Source of the DNA: Mytilus californianus
Lineage: Eukaryota
Reading direction: 5' to 3'
Assembly: GCF_021869535.1 (NCBI RefSeq)
Contig: NW_026262668.1
Location: 74,028,001 to 74,092,000, forward strand
DNA length: 64,000 nt
A program made the position numbers and the translations under genes. Positions 10,871 to 22,863 of the stretch are shown one piece after another (within the stretch, counting starts at the first letter, position 1; each line of letters begins with the position of its first letter). The notes below the pieces were generated by a model. That model was not told the origin of the DNA and searched no databases. It saw nothing but the letters and a program-made list of their open reading frames with translations.

Positions 10871-13680
10871 AAGCGGTATCCAATTCTCACTCTTTATGAA
10901 ACCTAAAGTTAGCCACTGCACTTGAAATAAATTAACTTTATCATTTAACAAATTTATCTTAGCAGTTATAAGGAAATTATCCCTATAAGAATATTTATCC
11001 CTTTGCTCAACGTACTGACATAGATTTTAAGTTCAACCAACGCACAAATGACGTGAAATAACGTCAACTCAAACCAAACAATTTGACGGAAAGATAATGA
11101 TTGGAATCAAGCGTATTGTCAAAAAATAAACGTCATGATTTATTGGAATGACTTACTGCAAACCATTTTTTTACAAAAACAAAATTGTTGAAGAACTTCA
11201 TTATACCATATTTCGGTGGAAAAAAATATAAACACACATAAGCATGGCAGAAATGATATATATATATATGTACTAGTAAAGTTTGTTATTATACCTAGTC
11301 AGTGTACTTTACTCATGTTTTAAATTGGATTTGGGTTCCATATAATAATATTATTCAACCACACCTCCCTACTCTTGAAATAAAATCGGGGTAATCTTTG
11401 ACATATTTGGATCACCACAAACAATATTATTATATAAAGTATAGTTATAAGGAGATGTGGTAAGTTTGCCAATAAGATAACTATCCACCAGAGAATAAAG
11501 AACGAGGTGTATAATATGTTTTGTACATTTTGTAAATTTACTGATCAAGAATTAAAAGATGGAGGGCGGATATATCGAAAACTAGTCTTACTTCGCCACA
11601 TTTTCATATGCATTGCCAAAGGACCCCGTCAGTAGATATCATATGTGTGTATCGGTGTTTTTAGAATAGGGTGTTAATGGCAGACATTTGATTGTTTTTG
11701 CAAATACTAAAGGAACACTTGAAATAACCTCCGATTTTTGGTGGTGTTCGTGTTGCTAAGTGTTAAGTTTTCTGTGGACTTGTCTGTCTTTCTGGCGTTT
11801 TTTGGATTTTTTGCATGACGTTGTCAGTTTATCTTCGACTTATTTGCCTTGTGTCTCCCGCCTTTTTTTAAACAAGGAGTTGAAATTCCTTGCGGAATAA
11901 GCAATATTGTTTATCCAATTTGCTGTAGCAAACATAAACCATTGTTATTTCATGTCATGCTTTTTTCCATTTAAATGCGGGTAGGCGTACTTGTCAAAAA
12001 TTAATGTTTACACGATTCTAATAGGAAAAATAGAGCAAAAGCATGATGTTTAACATACAAAATCATACATATATGTTGAAGGATAATTTAGTATTGTTTA
12101 TGTACAACAGAGTTACAACACAATGTATTAAAGTTGCAAAGAGTTTCTGTCTCGCCTGCGACGACATTGTTTTCAGTTCTCTTCATCTTCGTATTTGATT
12201 TGGCCTTTCAACTGATTCGAGCCGAACTATTGAACCTTATGTAGACAAAAACGCGCGTCTAGCGACCCAAATTATAAGACTGGTGTATTGATGAGATTTT
12301 ACAACCACTGGGTCGATACCACTGGCGTTTTCTTCTCGAGTGTGTCATTAGCCAAGGAGTCAACACTAGTGGTAAATATCTGTTGTACTTATCCTCATCT
12401 TCATGGTTCATCAGGGACTATTAGTACTTGTAAAGCTGTATGAACATATGTTTGGTATGAGAATATACTGAAAGGTATAATCCATGTCAGTTAGATAGGG
12501 TTAAATGGACCTTTATCTCATGTCATGGTTCAGCAATCAACTGCAAGTCTGTTATCTTAGATACAATAATATATAAACAGTGGAACAGAAATTACCACAA
12601 ATATTGGACAGATCAATAGACCACATGAACTACGAACACACGACACCTCAAAAATAAAAGATGAATAAACAATAACAGACAACAACAATCAACCCATGGT
12701 CCAGATAAATGTACTTGGTACAGGTACACAATGTGGTTTGCTTAATTAATATGATAAATAGGTCTACTATATATATGATGTTCATATTTAATGATTGTAA
12801 GACGCACATGTCAGTCTGTAAGGGATCATCTTTCCTCAATCTCATTATCATTGACAAGTTTTAGTTTTCGGAGATACGTCTGGTACTTCAAGTAAAAATT
12901 CAACAAAATGTGGTGCATTATAAATTTAATTTGACCTGTATATTGTCATGCCCGCTTGTCCTGCATACTACCCTAGATTATTAATCAGGTTTTCCCGTCG
13001 GTAAACCCAGTTAAAAAAAGAGTCAAATTTAACAAAGGACATTTTTACCACGTGTTAGATTGTCGTTTGATCTTTTAATTACCGAACGTGACTTATTTCC
13101 GATTGTGACTGTTTTGCTGAGTGTGAATTCGCATTGCTATAAGACGTGTCACGGTACTTTTCTATCCAAAATTCATGTATTTAGTTTTGATGTTATATTT
13201 GTTATTCTCATAGGATTTTGTCAAATGTCTTATCGTTTGCAGTTGTAAATCTTATTTTTTTCTGTTGTATTCGTGTGTTATGGTAAAGATAATTATTCAC
13301 CCAGTTTATTAATTAGATTTTAGTATGGGTCAACTAAATTTATACGATATATTTTGTTTACAGTTTGATTTAGAAGAAACACCGACATAGCTATATAATA
13401 CAATTAATTATCTAATAACTACCACATTTTATATTAATTAGTATTGTAATTTTCATTGTTATTAATAAATGTTATATGAGTATTTTAAACCAAATCTTGA
13501 ATTCTAATTCTATCCTATTTTGGGGAAATTTCTAAAATTCAAATGTGACGTCACCTTTTTTTTGCGTTGATCACTTTGGCTAACTCGGGTGTGAATTTTT
13601 ATGTGCTGGTTTATGTTGTTTTATGTATCCGTTTTTATTCTGTAGTTAGTCACCACTTCGGTGTTATCATGTATATCTAT

Positions 13681-14311
13681 TATATAGTCATTTTTTTTTT
13701 TTTATAAAATTACTGTTTACAAAAGTATGAATTATTCTAAATACTAAGGATTTTCTTATCCCAGAAATATAACCTTAGCCGTATTTGGCACAACTTTTTG
13801 GAACTTTTGATCCTCAATGCTCTTCAACTTTGTACTTGTTTTGGCTTTCGAACTTTTTTGATCTGAGCGTCACTGGTTAGTCTTGTGTGGACGAAACGCG
13901 CGTCTTGCGTATTTAATTTTAAACCTGGTACCTTTTGTTAGCTATTATTCGTATGTTTTTCTTTCCTATATGTTCTCCCATTTATTTGTATTGTAGTCCT
14001 GTCATGTAATGTTATCATTTTAATGTTATATTTAAAATTGCCATAAAAGCGGGAGGTTTGGCTAGCCGCAAAACCAGGTTAAACCCACCATTTTTTTCTT
14101 AAAATGTCCTGTACCAAGTCAGGAAAATGGCCATTGTTATATTATAGTTCGTTTCTGTGTGTGTTACATTTTAATGTTATGTTTCTGTTGTGTCGTAGTT
14201 CTCCTCTTATATTTAATGTGTTTCCCTCAGTTTTAGTTTGCAACCCGGATTTGTTTTTTCTCAATCGATTTATGAATTTCGAACAGCGGTATACTACTGT
14301 TGCCTTTATTT
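13681..14311 (+). repeat. High-copy interspersed repeat family 'R2' (GAGCGTCACTG..GAAACGCGCGTCT core)
   Basis: The same core recurs at ~12220-12370 (+), ~18250-18480 (-), ~29330-29690 (+) and ~39445-39770 (+). It resembles a Mytilus non-autonomous family from memory; superfamily not assignable here. Confidence 0.65.
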
Positions 14312-15842
14312 TCCAAAGATCTGCAATTAACACAAAATTCTACATAGAACAAAACCAATATTAAGCAAAAAACAACTGCTGACGAGCTTCCTGACTTTGG
14401 ACAAATTAACTTTTTGCGAGGTCGAACTATTTTGTACCACTGAACCCTCCCTCTGTTTAATGTTAATAAGTAGAGTAGCACTAAAGACGAGTATAAGCAC
14501 AGGTTTGAGCTGGATTCCTTGCTAGATGTTGATCACTCTACATCTGAACAACAACACAGCTACGGCGTAATATAAATTATATCTGGCAAAGATATCTAAC
14601 AAATACTATTAAAAATTGCATCTCAATCTATGTAAAATACAGATATGAACAAACATCTAGACAACCAAGGGACACTGTAAGATAAAAATTAGATAACTTG
14701 ACAGGAAGTTACGCACGAATAGGACAACTAATTCGGATAGATTGCAAAATAATGTCAATAAAGAAAATGGCCGAAAGCAAGAAAATAAAGCAGCACACAT
14801 ACGAGATGTTCTCTCAAGAATAAAAACACAATAACTGTAAACATTTAAGAGCATACATTTCAATTACGTGAAAACATTTAACGACGTCAACACAGCACGA
14901 AGAACAAACTTTGTTGAAATGTTAGAAAAGAAATGATAGTGTGTATTGAATAATGACACATAAACGACCCTAGACCAGATTTGAGCAGAATACATTGCTA
15001 GATGTCGACCACATTTCATTTGTGCATTGAAGAACACAGCTGCAAGGTCATATCAATAAATTATAAATTATATATGGCACAAATTTCTAAAAGGAAATTA
15101 CGTATCAAACGGGCACGTAGTTCAGATGAACTGTAAAACAATATTTAGTTAAAAAAAACCTTCAAAGTAACTGATATAGATATTTTTGTTGGGTATGCTT
15201 CTTAAAGATCAAATGGAAACCATTTCAAACAGATAGAATTTGGATGACTTTACCTGAACAATACGTATTTTTAGAACTGATTTATGACTAATTTATGACT
15301 AAGAAATTGCAGGCCCGTTGGGTATTATTTCGAGAAGAAACTAAGGAGCCAATCGCAAACCATCAGTCTAGGAAAATTTGACAAACTATGACCAAAAATT
15401 AAAATGACGGAAAGACAAACAACAGTCGACAAAACACATAGATTACGCTACACGAACCTCGCAAAAAAATTGAAGATGACATCAGGTGTCCCGGATAGGT
15501 CACCAGCTCCTGCTCCAATACTGACACTCATCGTTTCAAAACTACTCAATAGAACAATGATCTGTTTTATATATAAACATTTAACGACTGCATTTGATAC
15601 AATGCAAATAATACATGTATATCAATTGTATCTGTCGAATGTTAACAATCTTTTTTATTTTCATTTGTCAAAGTATTTATAAGAATAAAACAAATGGACA
15701 ATTTGACATTTAGTCAAATCTAAGTCGGAATATATATACATGACATATATTCTGAAATAATAGTCTGGAGCAATAAACAATTTTAAACAGTATTCCGTTT
15801 ATTGTTTTAAAGCAAGCAAATTCAAAATGCATTTTTTTTCTT

Positions 15843-16669
15843 TTATTTTTTCCCTAAATGTCTGTTATCTTGATTGCAATTTATCTTCTGTTTTTGATTT
15901 CTAAACAAATGCCATGTTGTTGTGTTCTCTATTCGTATAAACAAGGTAAGAGTACTTCCACAAATAATGCATACACCAAGTATCCAAAACCACATACTTG
16001 GATTTATGTCTACTAACTGAACCCATATCGTACTCCATATAATGGCACAAGTGTTGCCTCCAGCACCAACCAGTCCAGCAATTACCCCTACTCTTTGCTT
16101 GTTAACATATGGAACAAGAGAATAGGTTGTTCCTTCGGAAGCTTGTACAAACACACTGCACATGGTTAATGTGGCAATGGCCGACGGAATTGAAGTCATC
16201 TGACTGAAAATGATCAGCATCACTCCCTCTCCCGCTAAAAATAATTGGTGGGCTATAAGACGACCCGGAAGTTTAATCTTTTTGAAGAATGCATCTGATA
16301 AACTTCCTCCTAAAGCACGGGCAAAGAGATTCATGAGTCCAAACAGTGATGCAATCAGACTGGCCGTATTTTGATTTAAAACACTGCAATGGAAGTCATT
16401 TCTAACAAATGTGTTAATATGACTTGCATTGCTGACTCCATTGCTGGTTCCATTGCCGATTTCAACTTCAGTCGTGGTTTCATTGCATCCTTCGATTTTA
16501 AACTTGTAAAGAAGATACAAGTTTAAAACTGTGTTTGTTGCAATTTCCACTCCAAAACACATTCCATACTGTATAAATAAAATAAAAACTGTAAAGACTG
16601 TCCATCCTGTACTCTGTCGCCTGTATTCGGAATAGACAATCTTTGAATCCTCTGGCTTTAAATATTCCT
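15843..16669 (-). CDS. NRT2: NRT2 last coding exon (central loop end, TM7-TM12, stop)
   Basis: Acceptor CATATTTTCAG|AG at 16670/16669. In phase 1 it reads EEYLKPEDSKIVYSEYRRQSTGWTVFTVFILFIQYGMCFGVE.. and runs in frame into ORF 16562-15843. Stop TAA at 15845-15843. Confidence 0.9.
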
Positions 16670-19600
16670 CTGAAAATATGGATCATAATGATATTTTTTA
16701 TTATGTAGTTAGTTCCCTTGCCAAATACTAAAGTTAAACAAACATGAGTCAGGAGCCTGTAGTTCAGTGGTTGTCGTTGGTTCATGTCTGTCAAATATTT
16801 TTAGTAAATTGTTTTGTTATAGACGAGGCTGTTAGTTTTTTCGTTTAAAAAATTGTTTCACATTTGTCATGTCGAGGCCTCTTATAGGCGACTATACGGT
16901 GTTGGTTCGATTCATTGCTGAAGACCGTACGGTGACCTATAATTGCTTATATCCACTTCATTTGCACGTTGGTGGATTGATTGTCACTCATACCAATTCG
17001 CCTTATTTTTATATATGTGATAGTATCCTATTATAATGTTTCATTGACAGTGTAGAAGAATTTCGTTTGATTAATTTTTTTTCCAATTACCGATTTAATT
17101 ATTACAAGTTATGATTAAATGTAAATAGAAGATATGAAAAAAAAATTAACGCTTACACACATAAAGAACAGATACATTTACTCTTTCTGTCAGCTCTTTA
17201 TTGGCAAAGAAATTTTATGTCCCTACTAAGGTTAATAACTCGTTCAAATAGATCTCAATAACAGGGTCCATTACAGCATTGTCAAATTGACAATTGACGG
17301 GAAAATACACAGCCACGTGTGTCTAATAGTTTCTTTTATATCTGTTATGTACAATTTATTTTAGGTTATCAGAATAAGATCTGATTTTAAACATATTTTG
17401 ATAAAAGAAGAGCATTTAAATAAGATGAATCTGTACGATTTGAAAGTTTTAGATTGTAGCCATTAGTATTTCTTTAGTACTTCGATGTCTTCAACAAGAA
17501 TTGAGCAACAATAGGTGTCTTTCCCTTATTTACCAAACAATCTACAATTTATTCCAGGACTTTCACCTAGTTACATGTTTTCTGAACACCCACCATTCAA
17601 TGAATCAAACTTATTCAAACTCAGGTAAAAAGACAAATTTGTTTAAATGGACAAACCTGCATCTTTCTTGCATGTAAATTGCCTTATGTGTTTATATGTT
17701 TATTTTCACAAATCGAGGACAGCTAAATTTTTAATATTTTTGCAAAATCCTCTAACATACAACTACCGTATTTAAAATTTAGGACTGGATGATTGCATAT
17801 CAGCTAGTAAATTTCTTTGAGCTTGATTTCAGTAACTGCAAGAATTCTTTACGGTATTCTAAAGTAAAGTTTTACTTGAACACCGAATTTAACTGCGTAT
17901 TGTTGTCTTTTAAAACGAACACACTATTTTTTCTCGTTGAAGGCCGTACGGTTGCCTATAATTGCTTACATCCACTTCATGTGAACTTAAGTGGATAGTT
18001 GTCTCATTGGCAATCATACCACATCTCCTTATTTTTTTTTTATAGAAAACCAATTTTGATCTGAATCGATCATTTTGATATAAACACTTCCTTAAGACTG
18101 AACAATAAATTAATAAGTCATTTTTAGTCTTCAGTCAATTTTTACACTTATCCACTGAGGTAAATTCATTACTGTTCAATCAATTCGTTTGCAGTTAATT
18201 AAGATCTGTTCAGTCTATGTTCAGACTGTTCAGCAAATAAGCTGATTATAGATACCAGGCTTAAATTATGTACACCAGACGCGAGTTTCGTCTACAAAAG
18301 ACTCATCAGTGACGCTCGAAACAAGATAGTTTAAAAGGCCAAATAAGGTACGACGCTTAGGAGCACAGAGGACCCACATTTCCGAAAGGTTTTGCTTAAT
18401 ACAGCTAAGGTAATATATTCTAGAAAATCCTCAGCAATGCTTTTTAAACAGTTAATTTATAATTATGACCATATCAATGATAACTCTTGTTGATAAATCA
18501 TAACTGATATTTACCTGTAAACATCAATAACATACTGAATTATCTAAAGTGCTACTGTACGTTCGTCTGAAAATTGACTGAAAGATTAAACCTGACTTAA
18601 TAATGTTTTATTCAGACTTTTCAGATGATGTTAAGATCAAAATGAGGATTTAAGACTAAAATACATTTTCTAGTAACATTATGAATTTAAGGTCTTTCCC
18701 CACTGGTTTTATATTACTATCTTTTTATCAATCTTTTTTCATTCTACTTCTACTTAATGACATTTGTACAGTGGCGCAATAAATTACATTGGCCCATTAC
18801 CAAGAGATAAACACACTCATCAAAGATACCATGCTTTTTATATTTACCTTCTCCAATTACAGCAGTATCCTGTTTTAATTTTTCAGTCAATATCCTTTTT
18901 CTCCATGGACCTTGTGGGCAGTCATCGGAAGTAAACAAAATTGAAATACCTGAAACAGAGCATTAAAAGATAAACATATTTCAGGGCCAATTGTAGCTTC
19001 TATAAAGCCGGGCAAATATTGCATTTTGAATTTATAGCATCTTTATACTTTCCTCGAAGGGTTAGTTATTATTTTATTATCAAAGTTTGGTTCCTTTGAT
19101 CTCAGTTCTTCATTGGTCAAAACTCAACTATGACGTGAAATGTTCTTGTTTCTTCTGATATTTTTAGAAATTTGAAAGAATTGTTTTTTCCGCCGGTCCG
19201 AAATCGACTTTTTATAGAATAAACTGTGTTAGTCTTTGAAGTATTTAATTAATTGACAGCCTATATAGATAAATAATGTATTATATTGTAATAAAGTTGT
19301 GTACCACAGCAACCGATCGATTTACCGTAGAATTTTGAAAACGCGCCGTATATCTCTAACTGTACCTGTTAAATAAATCTCGTATAGTAGAATATTAATT
19401 TAAATTTCCGGTATAAGAAAAAAGCATGAACATTAAAAAAAAAAGGATCGTTTCTATGACAATGTTAATAGTTCCATTTACACTTGTCATTTGTCCTCTA
19501 TTATGTTTGTCAGTCGACAAATTACTAAATATTATTCATCATTAATACAGTCTGGAATAAATCAAGTATGAGCAATTTTACTATTCTTACCTGCAATGCA

Positions 19601-20230
19601 ACAGATTAGAGCAGGTATAATAACTGATATTTTCCAAGCAAGAAATTCATCTGCCCCTGCTAACTTGACCAATTGAAATATTGCCGGCATAAATAAGAAA
19701 GTAAATCCTCCACCAAGATTTCCCCATCCACCAACAAGAGCGTTGGCGGTCCCAACAATTTTAGAGTTAAACATTATGCTGGTCCAAACCTGACAGGGGA
19801 CAAAGGCTCCTCCCAAAACACCAATAAAAAGACGTAAAACAATTAGTCCTGTCCCATTTTTTATTAACCCTGCAAGAGCCATGGGAATCGACCCTGTTAA
19901 CAGTATAGCAGACATGATTCTTCGTGGTCCAAATTTATCACAAAGTGGTCCAACAATGATTCGTAAACCAATGGTAGCAGCTACGCTCGCTATACCGGAG
20001 TTCGCAACATCTTTTTTGGAAAGTTTGAGTTCCTTCATTATTGTCGGTATAAGTGGCTGTATACCAAACCACGATGTAAAAGCTAGAAAAAAACAAAACC
20101 AAGAGGTATGGAAGGCCCGCATGTACGGTCGTCTGATGCTAAAAAGTTGAAACTGTTTAGCCCTACCATTTTCGTCTTTTTTAATTTCTTTAGCATGCAG
20201 TTTTTCCAGGAATCGACAACAGTATGACAT
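15843..20230 (-). CDS. NRT2: NRT2/NNP-family high-affinity nitrate/nitrite transporter (MFS), 3 coding exons, 522 aa
   Basis: Spliced CDS 20230-19591 + 18949-18848 + 16669-15843 = 640+102+827 = 1569 nt with no stops; both introns are GT-AG, phase 1. NRT2 hallmarks: RPYMRAFHTSWFCFFLAFTSWF; first substrate Arg in GLRIIVGPLCDKFGPR; FVPCQVWTS; nitrate signature 1 GGWGNLGGG; DDCPQG; QYGMCFGVE; second Arg in FGLMNLFARALGG; VQASEG; signature 2 GLVGAGGN. An acceptor TTTTTTTTAG at 20237 implies an unseen upstream UTR exon. Confidence 0.92.
16745..17010 (-). repeat. Interspersed repeat family 'R1' (AGATGTGGTATGATTGCCAATGAGACAAC head), intronic copy
   Basis: Reverse-complement match to the copies at 51472, 57503 and 63219. 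Another short minus copy lies at ~17930-18035. Confidence 0.6.
18848..18949 (-). CDS. NRT2: NRT2 middle coding exon (end of TM6 and DDCPQG loop)
   Basis: Acceptor CTCTGTTTCAG|GT and donor GAAG|GTAAAT. 102 nt, phase 1/1, encoding GISILFTSDDCPQGPWRKRILTEKLKQDTAVIGE; D-x-P-x-G is the conserved NRT2 post-TM6 motif. Confidence 0.88.
19591..20230 (-). CDS. NRT2: NRT2 first coding exon (TM1-TM6)
   Basis: ORF 20230-19562 up to the donor GCAG|GTAAGA at 19591/19590. Contains signature 1 and the first conserved Arg. Confidence 0.95.
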
Positions 20231-22863
20231 CTTTGTCTAAAAAAAACCCATCGTTGGTAATTAGTAATTCATTACTTCATATAATAATTCATTATCTATC
20301 TTTCTTCTTATTGAAATTTTACGTTCGGGTGAACAATAGAGTTTTTGATATATTGTTATCAGTTAATACACTGAAATGAGAAAAAAATTCAGGAAAAGGA
20401 TCTTCATCTTATTTAGAATGAACTGTCATTAATGTGAATCTTACAACGAACAATAATCTTCCGTAGACTTTCTAACTTGATAAAATATCGATATTTCCAA
20501 ATAAATTAAAAGAAAAACATGAGAAAAAAGAAAAGAAAAACTAAACTTTTGATTATTATATTTTGTACACTATACTTTTTTTTCTATATATTTACAAAAA
20601 TATAAACAAAATGTTTGAAATATAGATATATAATATATCTCTAACTCCCTGATGTAATATACATACGTACCAATTGATTTAATAATGAATTTCAATTTCC
20701 TTTTTTGGTACTAGTTTTCAAGATTATGCAATATTACGAAGAAAGAGACACGTTGAAAACTGAAAAAAAACTGAAGGCAAGCTTCTTTTGTTTTACATTA
20801 AATAATGCTTTAGGTGAAATTAACCTTTTCAAATAATGTGGGACACATTTACATAAGTATGTTTCTGAGCATGTCCAGAAATTAAATATACATTGTAATA
20901 GACCATATCAATTAAGCATATTTCTAGGCATTTATAACAACATATGCATATCATGTGTACGTAAATTATGTCACGTGTTGAATGTCTTTCATACCAATAG
21001 AAAAATTTCGAAATTTTATTCTACCTTTTAAAATGCTTATGATTAAAACCAATTGTTCAGAGAAAAATTGAAGATCTTTCCACCTACGAATCCACACTCG
21101 TTAATCATCATGATTTTGAAAATAGTTATGCAAACAATTCATTTTGTGAGAAAAAAAAATAGTGTAAAAATATCTGCGGTCTTAAAGTCACCCAAAATTG
21201 AAACAAATTAATTTTGGTCAGATTAGGGTTTAGGTTCAGTTTAAACGCACGTAGATAGTGGTAACTGGCTTTAATCAGACTGAAATTAAAATAATATAAT
21301 TTTGATAATGAATTTTTCTCTCAATTTCAGAAAATGATAATGAAATGTTAATAAGGCTCATAAAGGTTCATAGAACATCCCTACCTCACAAAATACCATA
21401 GACAATGATGATTTCAGACACATTATATATGAGGACAGTGAGAAGCCCAACCGATTCAACAAATACTTTAGTTTGAATTCCAAACTCGAGATTAATTATT
21501 TTCTATTCAAGAGTTTGAAGTAAAAACTAATATTAATATCCAAAATATATACATAAATCAAAATTAAATATTCGACATTATTAGATTAAATCATTAGGAC
21601 CAGATTGATTAATCACAGAATGCTGAAAATATGCCCCGAGAAAGGGGAGGTTTCTATACAAATTAAATTAAAAAATCTCGTCTAGAATGGAGGTATTAAT
21701 CTAGCTTGAAGATTGCAAATATCATTGATGTGGTATTAAATGTATTCTAATGTACGGAACTTTCAGTCTTGTTTGACATGCCACTTTCTGTGCTTTTTTT
21801 CCAATCTTTTTCTTGACCTCCATTATTTCAACAGTAACAGCATTGTAAAGATTGAAAAGCATTGACTGAATATTTCATAAGTTATCTAGGACCTTGATAA
21901 CTGCTGAACGGCAAAAGTGAAAATCGTCTTTATCGATCTTGACCTCCATTTTGTCATCAGTAACAACATATTAAAATTTAAAAAGCGTTGGTTGAACGGT
22001 TCCTAAGTAGTTGCACGGAAATTGTTGGCTGTCGCCTGTTTTTAAATATGTATTAAATGGACTAAATCTTCTCCATATGGAAAAGCTCATCTACGAATAT
22101 TAGTCTGGCTTTTGGCCAAAATATTCAACGGTGCATCAGCTATCTGGGGATACATGGAAACGAATGTCATTAATAAATGTATGATGTAAAGTATTGATAA
22201 ACTGTTATTCTTTATATTAGAATTGAACGAAATAGCTGGAAACAAGTGGTAGTCAATATATATAGTCATTAGTCTGAATAGCATGGGTAGACTTCTGGAA
22301 AAACTCGTTTTTTTCTTTATAAAAAGGGGATACAGGGGAAACAACTGGAAGCAGTGCTATTTCTTTAAACAAGGAATTTTAAATTGAGAAAAAATTATCT
22401 TCGCTTATCTGCTTAGGAAAATTTACATTCTCCAGACAGAATTCGCAAATAGTCCCCATGAACATAATATATCTGTTCAGAACTCGTTCTTGTTATCTTA
22501 CTTAGTTTCTTATTGGACTGTTATCGTGAGCAGCTTGGCTGGTGTCAAAATTGAGCAGAAATCGGGAATCAATCTTTTAAATCTAACTTTGTCTGTAGTT
22601 TTTTTGGGGTGAATGTTTGCCTCTCGTTATCCCCTAACTTTCTAAAAACAGTGCAGAGATAAAATCCTTATCTATGTCCATAATTTATAATTCCTTGTTC
22701 ATTTTAGGCACAAATATAATGAAAAATAATCATTTATATCATAATTCCATCTTTTGACGTTTATCGTTTTTATCTTTGAGGAAAAACAATTGATATTCAG
22801 CTAAATTAGAGAACGCGATTCATAATAAAACTTAGCTCGAAAAGTTAGTTGTGTCCTTTAATC

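Noticed and set aside
16498-16794. 98-aa minus-strand ORF overlapping the NRT2 last exon
   Set aside because: Starts in an R1 repeat and runs off-frame through the true exon; no family features.
18515-18566. Apparent extra NRT2 exon (TTTTCAG acceptor, CAG|GTAAAT donor on the minus strand)
   Set aside because: It is 52 nt with an in-frame TAG in the required phase; the CDS closes perfectly without it.
19881-20150. 89-aa plus-strand ORF (also 30960-31160 and 41163-41390 on the minus strand)
   Set aside because: Antisense shadows of NRT2 coding sequence or its pseudogenes.
15843-20230. Bacterial/algal contamination as the source of NRT2
   Set aside because: GT-AG introns contain the same host repeat families as the rest of the window, and paralogs share intron sequence.
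21224-21240. TTAGGGTTTAGG telomere-like motif
   Set aside because: Only two imperfect units; expected by chance.
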